Source of the DNA: Coniocarpon cinnabarinum
Lineage: Eukaryota
Assembly (NCBI GenBank): GCA_051942205.1
Contig: JAVECO010000064.1
Location: forward strand, 62,001 to 116,326
Length of the DNA stretch: 54,326 nt
Reading direction: 5' to 3'
The position numbers were made by a program, and so were the translations under genes. Below are positions 33,531-45,311 of this stretch, one piece after another. The first letter of the stretch is position 1. The number at the start of each line of letters is the position of its first letter. A model generated the notes under the pieces. The model saw only the letters and a program-made list of their open reading frames with translations. It did no database searches and was not told the origin of the DNA.

Positions 33531-35039
33531 ATGGTCAACCCAACGCCCATCCTTCGTCACAGCATCCGCATCGCCCCGTCCGCAGCCTCCAAGTCCCGCA
33601 ACTTGCTCCGCGCCGTCCAATTCGGTCATTCGCACAGTTGCCCATGCCACTCAAACCCTTCGCATCCTCATAATTATGGACCGACCTCACATCTGGCAAA
33701 GCAGGCACGGCGAGCGCTCGCTACGCCCGTCGATCTGCCGCAGAAGGAATATGCTTTCCAGATGGCGGCGTCCAACATTCGCTTTGGACCCGGCTGCACG
33801 AAAGAGGTCGGCATGGATTTCCAAAATATGGGCAGTAAGAAGGTCATGATCGTTACGGACAGCACCGTCGCACAGCTCGATGCAATGCGGCAGTGCGTCG
33901 AGGGTCTGGATGCTGAGGGCATTAAGTATGAAGTCTACGCCAAAGCAAGAGTTGAGCCGAAAGATACAAGCATCAAGGAGGCGGTTGAGTTCAGCAAGCA
34001 GCATATGCCTGATGCTTTCCTAGCTGTCGGTGGCGGAAGCGTGATTGACACTGCGAAACTCATGAATCTTTACACGGCGAACCCGAGCGCTGAGTTTCTG
34101 GACTTTGTCAATGCGCCGCTTGGCAAGGGCCTACCCATCCAAACAGGTCTCTATCCTCTCATCGCCGTACCCACCACTGCAGGTACAGGCTCAGAAACAA
34201 CGGGGACGGCCATATTTGACCTCGTCGAGAAGAAAGCAAAGACTGGCATCGCGCATCGGAATCTCAAGCCCACGCTTGGAATCTGCGATCCGCTGAACAC
34301 ACGCACCATGCCATCCGCCGTCCACGCCTCCTCGGGTCTCGACGTCCTATGCCATTCCCTCGAATCCTGGACCGCAATACCTTACCACGAACGCGTCCCT
34401 CGTCCCGCAAACCCCATTCAAAGACCCGCATACCAAGGCGCCAACCCCATCTCCGACATCTTCTCGCTCCAATCCCTCAAAGACACAATCAAATACCTCC
34501 CCCGCGCTGCCAAAGACCCAGAAGACCACGAAGCACAAAGCAAAATGCTACTAGCGGCGACGCTAGCCGGGGTTGGTTTCGGAAACGCAGGCGTCCACCT
34601 CTGCCATGGGATGAGCTACCCCATTAGCGGTCAAAATCCCGGATACAGACACGCCGGCTACGCCGTCGATACGCCCATAATTCCTCACGGCGTCTCAGTA
34701 GCTGTGACCGCTCCCGCCGTCTTCAAATTCACGGGCGCTAGTAATCCGGAGAGACATCTCGTCGCGGCTGAAGCCTTTGGGAAGGATGTCAGTCGCGTGA
34801 AGAAGGAAGACGCGGGCGACGTGCTGAGTGATGCGCTGTCTGAGTTCTTGGTGAGATTAGGAGATCAGCCAAGGGGATTGAAAGCGTTAGGGTTTAACGG
34901 GAGTCATATTGGGGACTTGGTTGAGGGGACGATTCCGCAGGCGAGAGTGCTGATGCTAGCGCCGGAAATGGATTTGAGTGACGTGCAGCGGGAGCGAGAG
35001 CAATTGACGGGGTTGTTTGAAGAGGCTATGGAGTATTGA
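33531..35039 (+). CDS. ADHFE1: Hydroxyacid-oxoacid transhydrogenase (Fe-ADH family), probably mitochondrial
   Basis: EYAFQMAASNIRFG, GGGSVIDTAK, PTTAGTGSETT, DVLCHSLES and GVHLCHG motifs. Basic N-terminal presequence; likely ATG at 33531. Confidence 0.92.
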   Translation: MVNPTPILRHSIRIAPSAASKSRNLLRAVQFGHSHSCPCHSNPSHPHNYGPTSHLAKQARRALATPVDLPQKEYAFQMAASNIRFGPGCTKEVGMDFQNMGSKKVMIVTDSTVAQLDAMRQCVEGLDAEGIKYEVYAKARVEPKDTSIKEAVEFSKQHMPDAFLAVGGGSVIDTAKLMNLYTANPSAEFLDFVNAPLGKGLPIQTGLYPLIAVPTTAGTGSETTGTAIFDLVEKKAKTGIAHRNLKPTLGICDPLNTRTMPSAVHASSGLDVLCHSLESWTAIPYHERVPRPANPIQRPAYQGANPISDIFSLQSLKDTIKYLPRAAKDPEDHEAQSKMLLAATLAGVGFGNAGVHLCHGMSYPISGQNPGYRHAGYAVDTPIIPHGVSVAVTAPAVFKFTGASNPERHLVAAEAFGKDVSRVKKEDAGDVLSDALSEFLVRLGDQPRGLKALGFNGSHIGDLVEGTIPQARVLMLAPEMDLSDVQREREQLTGLFEEAMEY

Positions 35040-35924
35040 TGCCGTGATGATGTGATGAATGTACAGCAATGAATGTGTATAGCAGCATGTATATGTTGAA
35101 TTTGATCATCATGTCGCAGGTAGGTTGAGTGTGTGAGATGTAGACAGCACTTTCACTTGTTTCCGGGCTAGCTCACAGCAGTGCTTTCAAAAAGTAGGCT
35201 ACCTCGCCCTTCTGTATCGAAATCAGGACCCAAGATTACAGTACACTAAAATCCCTTTTCTTTGGACAATGTATCAGACCAAAGTTTTGGGCTTGAGCCA
35301 AGAGTCACAGAGATACAGCAGCTACTGCCCAGTGGGCTTTCTGCAGCGCGCCTTCCATTTTCGAAGCCATCGTCAGAAGCTATAACTTCCGCTATACCTT
35401 CCTATTGTCGCACACCTAATATCGTGTAACGTTGGGTTTCTGGCAACTTTACACTATAGCAGAGCTGAGAATGGATTGGAGTCACTTGCCGGTGTGGTCA
35501 AGGATGGATCATCACGTGCGTACTCCAAAGACTACCTACACCGCCAGATATCTTACTATGGATTTGGCCTAGTGTGCTTCTGTCTTTCCGCCTTTCTGAC
35601 TTCGGCCCATGTTCGTGTTTAGTCTACTCACGTACTTACGGTCTTTCAAAATCCATTGCCACTCGCAGAGAGTCTTCTCACAGCTGGTTGCGAGGCCAGG
35701 GGAAGATCTTTGTTGGCTTTGAAATCGATTTCGAAACGCAAACGAAATTTTCATAGCATCCAGTCTCCATTGACAAAATTTTGGCACCCCATTGCGAGTC
35801 ATAACAGGCACTTATCATATTGATAGTGCGATCTGTCGGAAGGATACATCACGCCGAAGCACAAATACCGATGCGACATATTTGAAAAATTAGTTCGTGG
35901 ATCGTGACCTACCCAACGCTGAAG

Positions 35925-36641
35925 ATGGTGGACGATAGCGACCACGATTTCACATTCGCAGCTTTGGCTGGCCGTGATGATTACGCCATGTGGCAATTTC
36001 GCATGACGCTGCTGCTGAAAGCGGACGGACTGTGGGAACATGCCACCAATCAAGGCACAGGATCGATTCTCAAGCGACCACATGATCCTGAACGAACACG
36101 GTCTATATCCAAGATACGCGAACAGGCTCGCTTGCAGGGAGAGTGGGATATCAAGGACAGAATGGCTTCAACTTACATCATGAGCTGCATTGAGCCCTGC
36201 ATCAGCGATGCTTTGAGACTATCTACGTTCACACATGCACACCAAAAGTGGGACGTTTTGAAGGAGCACTTCCATCGCGAGGATTTTGAAGATCTCGCCC
36301 GAACTTTTGCCCAGCTCGATGTGCTTGCATTGGGTGATTGTGCCTCCGTTAAAGGGTTTTGCATCAGGTTTCAAGATTATGTGAAGCAATTGAATGATCA
36401 GAACTATGATATCGATGGCAATGGTAACGGTACGACTCCATACATGATCCATCCAGCCATTCAGATCTGTAAATTCCTGGAACAGCTGTGTAAGCGACGT
36501 GGGTCGCATCCCGATATGTGGGTTTTCTGTGACGAAAAAATACTTGACTTGCGCCGAAGACAGTTCATGGAGCTCACAGACGAGGATTTGAGCGACATCA
36601 TGGAAGAGGCCATCGCTTTCGCGGGCAACTTGTCACAATGA
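35925..36641 (+). CDS. Solo Ty1/copia gag-like protein (238 aa), no pol seen
   Basis: LAGRDDYAMWQFRMTLLLKADGLWEHA...EWDIKDRMASTYIMSCI...HQKWDVLKEHF matches the N-terminal pattern of copia gag. Confidence 0.7.
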   Translation: MVDDSDHDFTFAALAGRDDYAMWQFRMTLLLKADGLWEHATNQGTGSILKRPHDPERTRSISKIREQARLQGEWDIKDRMASTYIMSCIEPCISDALRLSTFTHAHQKWDVLKEHFHREDFEDLARTFAQLDVLALGDCASVKGFCIRFQDYVKQLNDQNYDIDGNGNGTTPYMIHPAIQICKFLEQLCKRRGSHPDMWVFCDEKILDLRRRQFMELTDEDLSDIMEEAIAFAGNLSQ

Positions 36642-37860
36642 CAAGCTACTTAGATCGTTTTCTTGCCATCCAGGAAAGACACCTTACTACGTGTAAATCA
36701 TTGGCATTCATCTACTGTGTACGAAGAACAGGGCTATAGTGGAAACGAATGCTGCTACAACTATTCTAGCAGGATGACTCAAGGTGGCCACTAGCGCAGT
36801 CATGAAAACGGTTTCGAAACCAGACACGTCAATCAGTGTTCACCACCATAAGTGACAATCTTCGGCGTGCTTGACAGCTTACATGACCATGAATAACTCT
36901 TGCAAACCCGAAAAGTTCAGGTTGAACCTTGCTCCATCCATAACAGCATCATATTTTCACCTCTAAAAATCCGAGTTGGCCGCTCGTAAATCCTCTAATG
37001 TACCACTTTTTAATGAACGCATATTACTTTTCTTCTCTGTTGACTCGCAGCAAGCGTGGTCTTTTGCAAGTATACCAGTTACCCATCTCCCGCCAAGACG
37101 ATTCTGCATACTCACCGGAGCCCACAGGCTTCGCTTCACCAGTTCCTTACCGCAAGTTCAAATTGTAATTCTCATTTTCAAGACGTCAGATGCATCCAAT
37201 CCGTCTGAAGGACTTTGGTGGCCGATATCGCTCCTTGTCGTGAGTGCATGAACGCTTGCCTCCATCATGAAATGCAATCATTACTAAACTAGCGTATTTC
37301 CCAGACCTAGTGTAGTACAAATGCCAGCACGTACAGACCACTACAACTCTCGAACTCATTTATATGACAGCATACTCAAAATAGCTTCAAACAAAGAGTG
37401 ATGTATTCAAGCTTGAACACAAATGCCAAGGCTCCCTGCTGCTCAAGGTAAATATACGAGGTCCTTTTCATACGCCGGAGCTGCTCAAACTTTGGCGAGC
37501 GTTGATTGTCAAGCCGGACTGCCGAGATACATGTAAATAGCTGATGTGTACACGACTCGTATCTCGCAAATGTCCGGTAAAACGTGCAGGCACAATAATT
37601 CGTCGAGTAATGCAGCTCTCACTTCCCATGAGTGGATGGTGTTGTGTTTTGCGCCCATCTTGATTGCACCGGCGACTCTCGGTATCGACAGAGCCACACG
37701 ACACAAGTCGCTATGTGGCGGCCAAAGCTTAGAGGAATACAAGTTGCGAATGTTCAAAAGCTTATTCCGTCATAGTAATACAAGGGTATCATGTTACATT
37801 CATCGTTCCGCAACGTCAAATTGTCCCACCATTAACACCAACAATCACCATTCACGAGGA

Positions 37861-40800
37861 CTATGCCGCCTCGTTAAGCGCCAAACCCCGCATTAACGTC
37901 CCGTCAACAACAAGTTTATCAACCTTTTCATCAATGCGCCGTTCCATGATCTCAACAAGCCTTTCTCCATACCGATCCAACAGCTTCTCCACGACGGCAT
38001 CGTTCCTTGCCGCTTTCTCGGCGAGTGCCTTCGCCGTTTGGCTAAGTTCTTTTTCGAGTTCTCGAACTTGCTCGACGGGGATGTGATCGTCGCTGTTGGC
38101 GATTCGTTTTCGATAGATGTGCAGGGCGCGGCAGACGTTTTGGGTTGAGACACGTAGATCTGGCGACGGTCGCCTTTGGGGATCGTCGATGGCGTAGTCT
38201 GTTTGTCGGTCTCGTGATGACATGACTGGTTGTGATGATTGTCGACGTAGACGCTTCGAAATTGGTTTCGTTGGCTCTTTCAGGTAATCAGATCCTTCAT
38301 TCGGATCTGTGATGCCGTGAGGTGGTTCAGAAGCATTTTTTGCTCGGCGATTCGCTGAAAGTGATGGGATTGGTGCTGAAAGCGCGGCCTCGTGTTGAGA
38401 AGGCTTGGTGACTTTGCGCTTCGGTGATTGACTGCGTGTCCGCAGTGAGCCTGATGTCATTCGAGAGTCTGGCAAGTTACTCTGCAGCTGCGCCAACTCC
38501 GACGATGACAGGACTTTTCGAATTGGAGGCCAACTAGCGGCAGCTGCACCTATTTGTGGCGTGGCAAAGACGGGACCTTCCAGGTATGTCTTGTTTATCT
38601 CACCCTCCTGGGGTACTGCCAAGTCCCACATAAAGATAGTGCCGTCACTTGCAGTACTCACGATCCTTGTGGCTAGAGTCTCCGAACACCGTCTAATCGC
38701 GACTATGCCGCTCAACCCTTCTGTATGACCATATTCGCGACTAAGGAGGTTGCCAGCTTCATTGTATATTCGTACAGACTTGTCTGAGCTTGAAACTCCC
38801 GCGATAGCGTGCTTGCCCTTGTTCCATGAAATTGGTGTCACACAATTCAATGCCACAAGGTCGCCGTCGTCATCATCTCCAGTCTTAAACGATTCATTGA
38901 TCTGGCTGTCTTGAAGACTGTACCGAGCTAGAGATTTATCCATGGTGGAGACCATCAATAGATCTTGACCATCCTGACTGAACATAGTTAGGGATAAAGG
39001 CGTCGCCTTCAGCGCAATTGTGCGTTGAGAAACGTAAGCGATCTTCCCCGAGCCTTCGATGTCTGTGCCGACACATGTGCGCACAAGGACTGATCTGTCA
39101 GCCGCGCAAGAAACCATCTTAGAGCCATCCGGTGAGAACTTAATGCAAGTCAAAGCCCCAGCATGATCGTCCAGAGTCTGGATAAGTTCTAGTTGCCTCG
39201 AATGCTGTCTGAAGACCTGAACTGTGCGATCTCTACTACCTGAAGCCACGAGAACCGTGTCATCCATTTGGTAGGACTCAATGCAGGTCACGTCTCCTTC
39301 ATGTGCTTTCACTTCACACGTCGTCTCCAGACAGTGTAAATCGGTGACGCGTAGATTTCCCAAGGCATCTCCAGAGTAAATGACCGCGGCTCTTGCTGAA
39401 GTTGTCACTGCCTTTAACTCGTTTCGAGAATCGTCGGAGCAAGCCTCACTAGACATGAGCGGTATTTCAATTTTTTTGATTGAACTCCCATCAAAATCCC
39501 AAATAACGACACTGCCGTCTGCGGCAAAAGTCAGGAATGATGCCTCGTTAAGCCCATTGAAGCTGGCACTGATGACGCCACAGACAGCTGATTGGTGCGC
39601 TTGGAGTTGGCTTAGGAGTGGCGACGAAGATTTCGTTGGTGATGAACCGCTTTTATCGAAAGGGGCAATCGTTCCGCTCGAGCAAAATCCAATGAGGCAG
39701 TCCTTTGCTGGAGCAAGACCTACCATGTCTGAGCATGCTGAAAAGCTCCTTGCACTTGTCTGGGGAGCAGGCAGTGCTTGATCAATATCTTGTGGACGTA
39801 AAAGCGAATCAAGTGAAAAAGACTTCGTCCGACCGCTCTCTTCACCAATGAGCAGGCTAGTGCCTGCGCTAATGCAAGCGCAGGAGACTGTGCCATCTGT
39901 GTGGCCGACTTGACGGATACTTAAATTGGCTTCGCTATCTTCCAAGAGGCAGATGTCACCTTCATTGGAACAGATGATTGCTCGCTCGTGGTCTACTGCC
40001 ACTATTGAAACATATGTCTTGTCGAGAAGAGGACCCAGTATACAGTTCCGGCCGGACAAAGTCTTTGATGGGCTCGCCAACGTCGCTGTGTCAAATCTTT
40101 TGGATGGTGAAGCTTGAGGATTCCTGTTCACACGCCAAATTTTGACGTGTCGAGTACCGATGGTAACAAGGCTGTTTCCCATCCACTTCATAGTCCTAAC
40201 GTTGCTTATGCATTTGTTACTAGCATGCAATGTGGCAGCGCCAGACTTCTGATTGATGCTCCAGATATTAAGGAAGCCGTCGTTGATGTCGCCTAAGGTT
40301 GCTAGGAACTTTGAATCTGGACTAAAGGCGACGCTCTTTACTCCAATGATGTGTTCTGCAAAGGTGCAAACAGGACCGTGGCTTTTGTCACCATCTGTTG
40401 TCAACGCAAATACGTGGACCCGAGGCTTCCATCCGGTCTCGCCCATTGCCAGCCACTTGCCATCGTGGCTGAGAGATAGACAAGACGCCGTCTTGGACTT
40501 GACATACTGGGTTGTATTACGTATACCAGGCGAGGAGTGCGAGTCTAGCGTTACCGAGTTGAGCGCCGCTGGAGAGCTGAGTAAGTCACGTGGGAGGACA
40601 GACGCTCGATTCCTTTGGTGTTTGGCCAAAGGGGAGGAGAAAGGGCTATCGTACGGCGAATGGCTTACACCACCAGGCTTGCCGACTGCCGCCGCAGCAG
40701 CCCGAAACGTACGCTGGATGACCTGAAAGTCATTGTGCACTTTAGCGAGTACAACAGCTGCTCCCGCGGTGTAGGCGACCGAATTTAGCCTTTCGACGTG

Positions 40801-41010
40801 ATCTACAGCATTGCTTGATGCTACCGTAGAGCCGATAACCTTGTGTAATGACAGATACTGTGGTTCTTCATGTATTGTCTTGATGGGCGATTTTGTTGTA
40901 GGGGTGCGCGGACCAGGTGAGGCTCGTGGCGTCAAGCGAAGGTTTACATTCATGTTTTGCTGGTGTTGACGCTCTGCAACGGCTCTACTGCCAGTGTTTT
41001 GCAAACTCAT
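37861..41010 (-). CDS. WD40-repeat protein, WDR62/MAPKBP1-like
   Basis: LHKVIG start, AYTAGAAVVL, many WD repeats (GKWLAMGETG, VASGSRDRTVQVF, LIQTLDDH, YGHTE, IVSTASDGTIFMWD) and a C-terminal coiled coil. Confidence 0.88.
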   Translation of the reverse strand: MSLQNTGSRAVAERQHQQNMNVNLRLTPRASPGPRTPTTKSPIKTIHEEPQYLSLHKVIGSTVASSNAVDHVERLNSVAYTAGAAVVLAKVHNDFQVIQRTFRAAAAAVGKPGGVSHSPYDSPFSSPLAKHQRNRASVLPRDLLSSPAALNSVTLDSHSSPGIRNTTQYVKSKTASCLSLSHDGKWLAMGETGWKPRVHVFALTTDGDKSHGPVCTFAEHIIGVKSVAFSPDSKFLATLGDINDGFLNIWSINQKSGAATLHASNKCISNVRTMKWMGNSLVTIGTRHVKIWRVNRNPQASPSKRFDTATLASPSKTLSGRNCILGPLLDKTYVSIVAVDHERAIICSNEGDICLLEDSEANLSIRQVGHTDGTVSCACISAGTSLLIGEESGRTKSFSLDSLLRPQDIDQALPAPQTSARSFSACSDMVGLAPAKDCLIGFCSSGTIAPFDKSGSSPTKSSSPLLSQLQAHQSAVCGVISASFNGLNEASFLTFAADGSVVIWDFDGSSIKKIEIPLMSSEACSDDSRNELKAVTTSARAAVIYSGDALGNLRVTDLHCLETTCEVKAHEGDVTCIESYQMDDTVLVASGSRDRTVQVFRQHSRQLELIQTLDDHAGALTCIKFSPDGSKMVSCAADRSVLVRTCVGTDIEGSGKIAYVSQRTIALKATPLSLTMFSQDGQDLLMVSTMDKSLARYSLQDSQINESFKTGDDDDGDLVALNCVTPISWNKGKHAIAGVSSSDKSVRIYNEAGNLLSREYGHTEGLSGIVAIRRCSETLATRIVSTASDGTIFMWDLAVPQEGEINKTYLEGPVFATPQIGAAAASWPPIRKVLSSSELAQLQSNLPDSRMTSGSLRTRSQSPKRKVTKPSQHEAALSAPIPSLSANRRAKNASEPPHGITDPNEGSDYLKEPTKPISKRLRRQSSQPVMSSRDRQTDYAIDDPQRRPSPDLRVSTQNVCRALHIYRKRIANSDDHIPVEQVRELEKELSQTAKALAEKAARNDAVVEKLLDRYGERLVEIMERRIDEKVDKLVVDGTLMRGLALNEAA

Positions 41011-41933
41011 GGCATTCAGTTAAGCATCGCAAAGTCGCGTAGATGTGAGAGTCAGACAGGCTAGCATTACGTATTGGTCTCAACCATGAGACGAAAATTC
41101 ATCTGGAAGTCGCATCGAAGTTTGGGAAAGAGCGGACGCAGGTGCCTTAAATCCGGTGTTTACTTTTTACCGTTTCTGGAGTAGAGCTCACGAAGCTAGT
41201 TCCACAATTACCCTGCCGTGCGTTGGCCTCTCAATGTGGCTTGCGACGAGGGAGGGCCGCGTACGGCAACCTGTTCAGGTACTATTGTACCTATAATGAT
41301 ATGTCTTTCGTGATCTGCGCTCACCATTCTGGACGATTTCTGACAGTCTGTCTCTGGGCCTTCGCAGCCCCTTGATTCGGTCTCCAAAATGAAAGACCAG
41401 CCTCTCGCCGGAGCAATTCCGCGGCCAGATCGCTTTTGGCTGTACGAAACATTATGTATTGCAGCGAACAATTCGAGCCATAGTCACTCATAGTGGCCAA
41501 GCCAAGACGGAGCAGCGCAAGCCCTGCAGACTGGACGCCAAATGACTAGAGACCTCAATCATGTGGAGGCCTCACCCCGCAGCAACGTCTTCCGTTCGAG
41601 CGGGGCACATTGGCGTATTGGCACTCCCTTTGCCTGCCAATAGCCGCTCGCTGACCAAATGGCTACAAGAGCCGCACAAACGCTTCCCGATTGCGCGCAG
41701 CATGCGGCACTCCCTTCACGTTCACCTCACACGGCTCTCCTTTTACCCTAGACGGCCGTCTGCGACTGGTCTCGACCCCCTTGTTCGCTGACCTCGGATT
41801 TGTCCCGGCAGAGCGTCACATCCGCGCCTGGTGGAGTACTTAGTTGCACGCCCGCCCAAGAGCTAGGAGCTTCCTGAGTACACCTTGTACGAGTTGCTTG
41901 TTTGTCCACGAGTCCTGAACTTGGCTCGCCAAA

Positions 41934-44047
41934 ATGTCTGAAGGAGATGTCAAGCCACCTGTGGTGCACGAAGCCCACAATGTTGACACTTTCCACGTCC
42001 CCAAGGCTTTCTACAGGTAGGTCTCTACATCGACAAGCACCGATTGCTTGAGTTCTTCACGCTGACGGGGCACAGCAAACACCCCAAGAAACCTCATCTC
42101 GACCACCTGAACCACTACCAAGAGCTGTACCAAGAATCGATCAAAGAACCCCACAAGTTCTGGGCTCGGGAAGCGCGGGAACTCCTCACCTGGGACCGCG
42201 ATTTCCAGACAGTGCATACCGGATCATTCGCCAACGGCGACAACGCTTGGTTCGTCGAAGGCCGCCTCAATGCCTCCTACAATTGCGTCGATCGTCACGC
42301 GATCAAGAACCCGGACAAACCTGCCATCATTTACGAAGCCGACGAGCCTGGCGAAGGCCGTACCATCACATTCTCAGAGCTTCAACGCGAAGTGTGCAAG
42401 CTAGCATGGGTCCTAAAAAGCTTGGGTGTCAAGAAAGGCGATGCCGTCGCATTGTACCTGCCCATGATACCTGAAGCTGTCATTGCTTTCCTCGCCTGCA
42501 CTCGCATTGGCGCAATGCACTCTGTGGTCTTTGCCGGCTTCTCCGCTGATTCTCTCCGCGATCGCATTCTCGATTCGAACTGCAAGGTCGTTCTGACCAC
42601 AGACGAAGGCCGGCGAGGCGGTAAAGGCATTGGCACAAAACAGATCGTTGACAATGCCCTCAGCCAATGCCCCTGTGTAACGAATGCTGTCGTCTACAAG
42701 CGCACTGGTAAAGATGTACCAATGACTGAAGGTCGCGATGTCTGGTGGGATGTCGAGACCGAGAAATGGCCCTCGTATATTCCACCAGAGCCCATGAGCT
42801 CAGAAGACCCACTCTTCCTGCTCTACACTTCAGGTTCGACTGGTAAGCCGAAGGGTGTCATGCATACGACTGGTGGATATCTTCTCGGAGCAGCGATGAC
42901 TGGCAAGTATGTATTCGACATGCACGATTCAGATCGTTTCTTCTGCGGCGGCGATGTTGGTTGGATCACTGGCCACACTTATGTGGTCTATTCGCCGCTG
43001 GTCCTGGGAGTAACCACTGTTGTCTTCGAAGGCACGCCTGCCTACCCTAACTTTTCGAGATATTGGGATGTGATCGAGAAGCACCAGGTCAATCAATTCT
43101 ATGTCGCACCCACCGCACTGCGGTTGCTCAAGCGTGCGGGCGACGAGCACGTGAGGCACCAAATGAAGAGCCTTCGAGCGCTTGGGTCGGTTGGTGAGCC
43201 TATTGCGGCTGAAGTGTGGAAATGGTATTTCGAAGTCGTAGGCAAGGAGGAAGCGCACGTGGTGGATACGTACTGGCAAACCGAGACTGGCTCTCACGTG
43301 ATCACACCGTTGGCTGGTGTTACACCCACAAAGCCGGGGAGTGCCTCGCTTCCCTTCTTTGGGATCGAGCCTGCTATCATTGACCCTGTATCTGGCGAGG
43401 AATTACACGGCAACGATGTGGAAGGCGTGCTTGCAATCAAACAACCCTGGCCCAGCATGGCTCGGACAGTCTGGGGCGCTCACAAGCGGTACATGGACAC
43501 TTATCTCAACGTCTACAAGGGGTACTACTTCACTGGGGATGGAGCTGGGCGTGACGGCGAAGGATATTATTGGATTCGCGGTCGTGTGGACGACGTCGTC
43601 AATGTCTCTGGTCATCGCCTGTCGACAGCCGAAATCGAAGCCGCTCTCATTGAGCATTCCAACGTCGCTGAAGCTGCAGTGGTAGGTGTCAACGACGAAC
43701 TGACCGGACAGGCTGTGAATGCCTTTGTGTCGCTCAAGGAAGTACCCAGCGACATCGAGGGACAAAAGAAAGATCTGATCATGCAGGTGCGGAAGAGCAT
43801 TGGACCGTTTGCTTCTCCGAAAGGCATCTTCGTGGTGCCAGATCTACCGAAGACTCGGTCTGGCAAAATTATGAGAAGAATCCTGAGAAAGATATTGAGT
43901 GGCGAAGAGGATCAACTCGGAGACACCTCGACGGTAGGAATCCTGCACTATCCCTTCAGAATGCCACATGAAACTAACGACTGTTAGCTCTCTGATCCGT
44001 CCGTGGTGGACAAGATTATCGACGTTGCCAAGCAAGGTCGGAAGTAA
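41934..44047 (+). CDS. facA: Acetyl-CoA synthetase
   Basis: MSEGDVKPP start, AMP-binding [20 protein letters not shown] and [11 protein letters not shown]. Introns near 42017-42076 and 43934-43988. Confidence 0.97.
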
Positions 44048-45311
44048 TGGCCGTGAGCACAGTGGAAATGGTCTGAAACCTTCATGTTAGTCAATACTAC
44101 CCGAGTTTTGTGACTACAATAGATTATTCAATGTTTCGGTGAACACCGGCGGATGCCGCAAGATACTGCGGATCTGGAGTATCAAGCTTGCGTGATTTAC
44201 ATCGCATACGACTTCGAGATGCTCTCGTTGTGGTCTACATGTATCAAGACGATTCACCTCCTCGCAACCATTCTGACATACCTATCGTCGCGCCGCCTTG
44301 GCGCCGGTATGCTTCATATCACAACTACCTTTGACACCCTGCCCAGTGATCAGCTTATCCGATGTCGGAGCGTGGCCTTGGCATTCACTGGTCCGCAAAC
44401 TTGCACAAACTCCTTGCTCGATCGCTTTATTTACATACTAAGGTAGCACCCTAATCCGTATATCACGCGTATCGGTGGTCTATTGCAACGTCGAATATTC
44501 AAACGAGCCTCAGTAATCTTTGGAATAAAGTTTTGGATCCGGCAGGATGCTGCCTTTAGTGGCATGCAACAGCTGGACGGTGGCACTGTCTGATAGCTTC
44601 AAACCGAAGTGTACATGAGAAAGATTCAACACACCTCAGCAATTCCGAGGACGACACGGTCTCGCGCGTGATCATGCGGAGACTCGATAGAGCAGAAAAG
44701 GCGTCGATGTCGAAAATGAGAGGCTGAAATTGAGTCTTTCTCTTTGTCTGTGTTACCCACCCAGGTGCCATCTGATATCGATTGTGCAGACCGTGCTCTA
44801 TGTTAAGCACGCCCATGTCGCTTCACAATCTATACCACACTATGCGGTCTTACTCTCGGCTACACTTGTCGACTGTATCGGATCTGCTGTGGTCAATGGT
44901 CTCTGATGTTTTTTTCCAGGAACTGCAAATGGACCGCCATTGAACGCGAAATACTGCAAATTGTAAACACTCTAGGCATTGCATTCCTCACCGCATGTTT
45001 TCTTTGTCCGGGAATGCCTGACAATGCGGCCCTGAGCTGGCCCGTGGAGTCTATCGCGTGCCTAAACAAAGGTTTGTTGCTGACCAAGGGATATTGCGCC
45101 GCTTGCCTTTCCACTTCAGCTGCGAACAATGTTCTGTGTCTTGTACAACAAAGCAAATCCACCCAGGCCGCTACCACCTGCAGGATGACTTTGAATGCGA
45201 CAGCATAATGTGACCCAATACTTGTAATTCGAATCGCGAAGGACTTTATCATCTGGATTTGTTTATCCTCTCGTTGCTCTATCTATTCGCTCTGCATGAG
45301 TTCCTAGCTTC

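Noticed and set aside
33531..44047. Metabolic cluster of the transhydrogenase and acetyl-CoA synthetase
   Set aside because: They are separated by unrelated genes and there is no backbone enzyme or shared pathway evidence.
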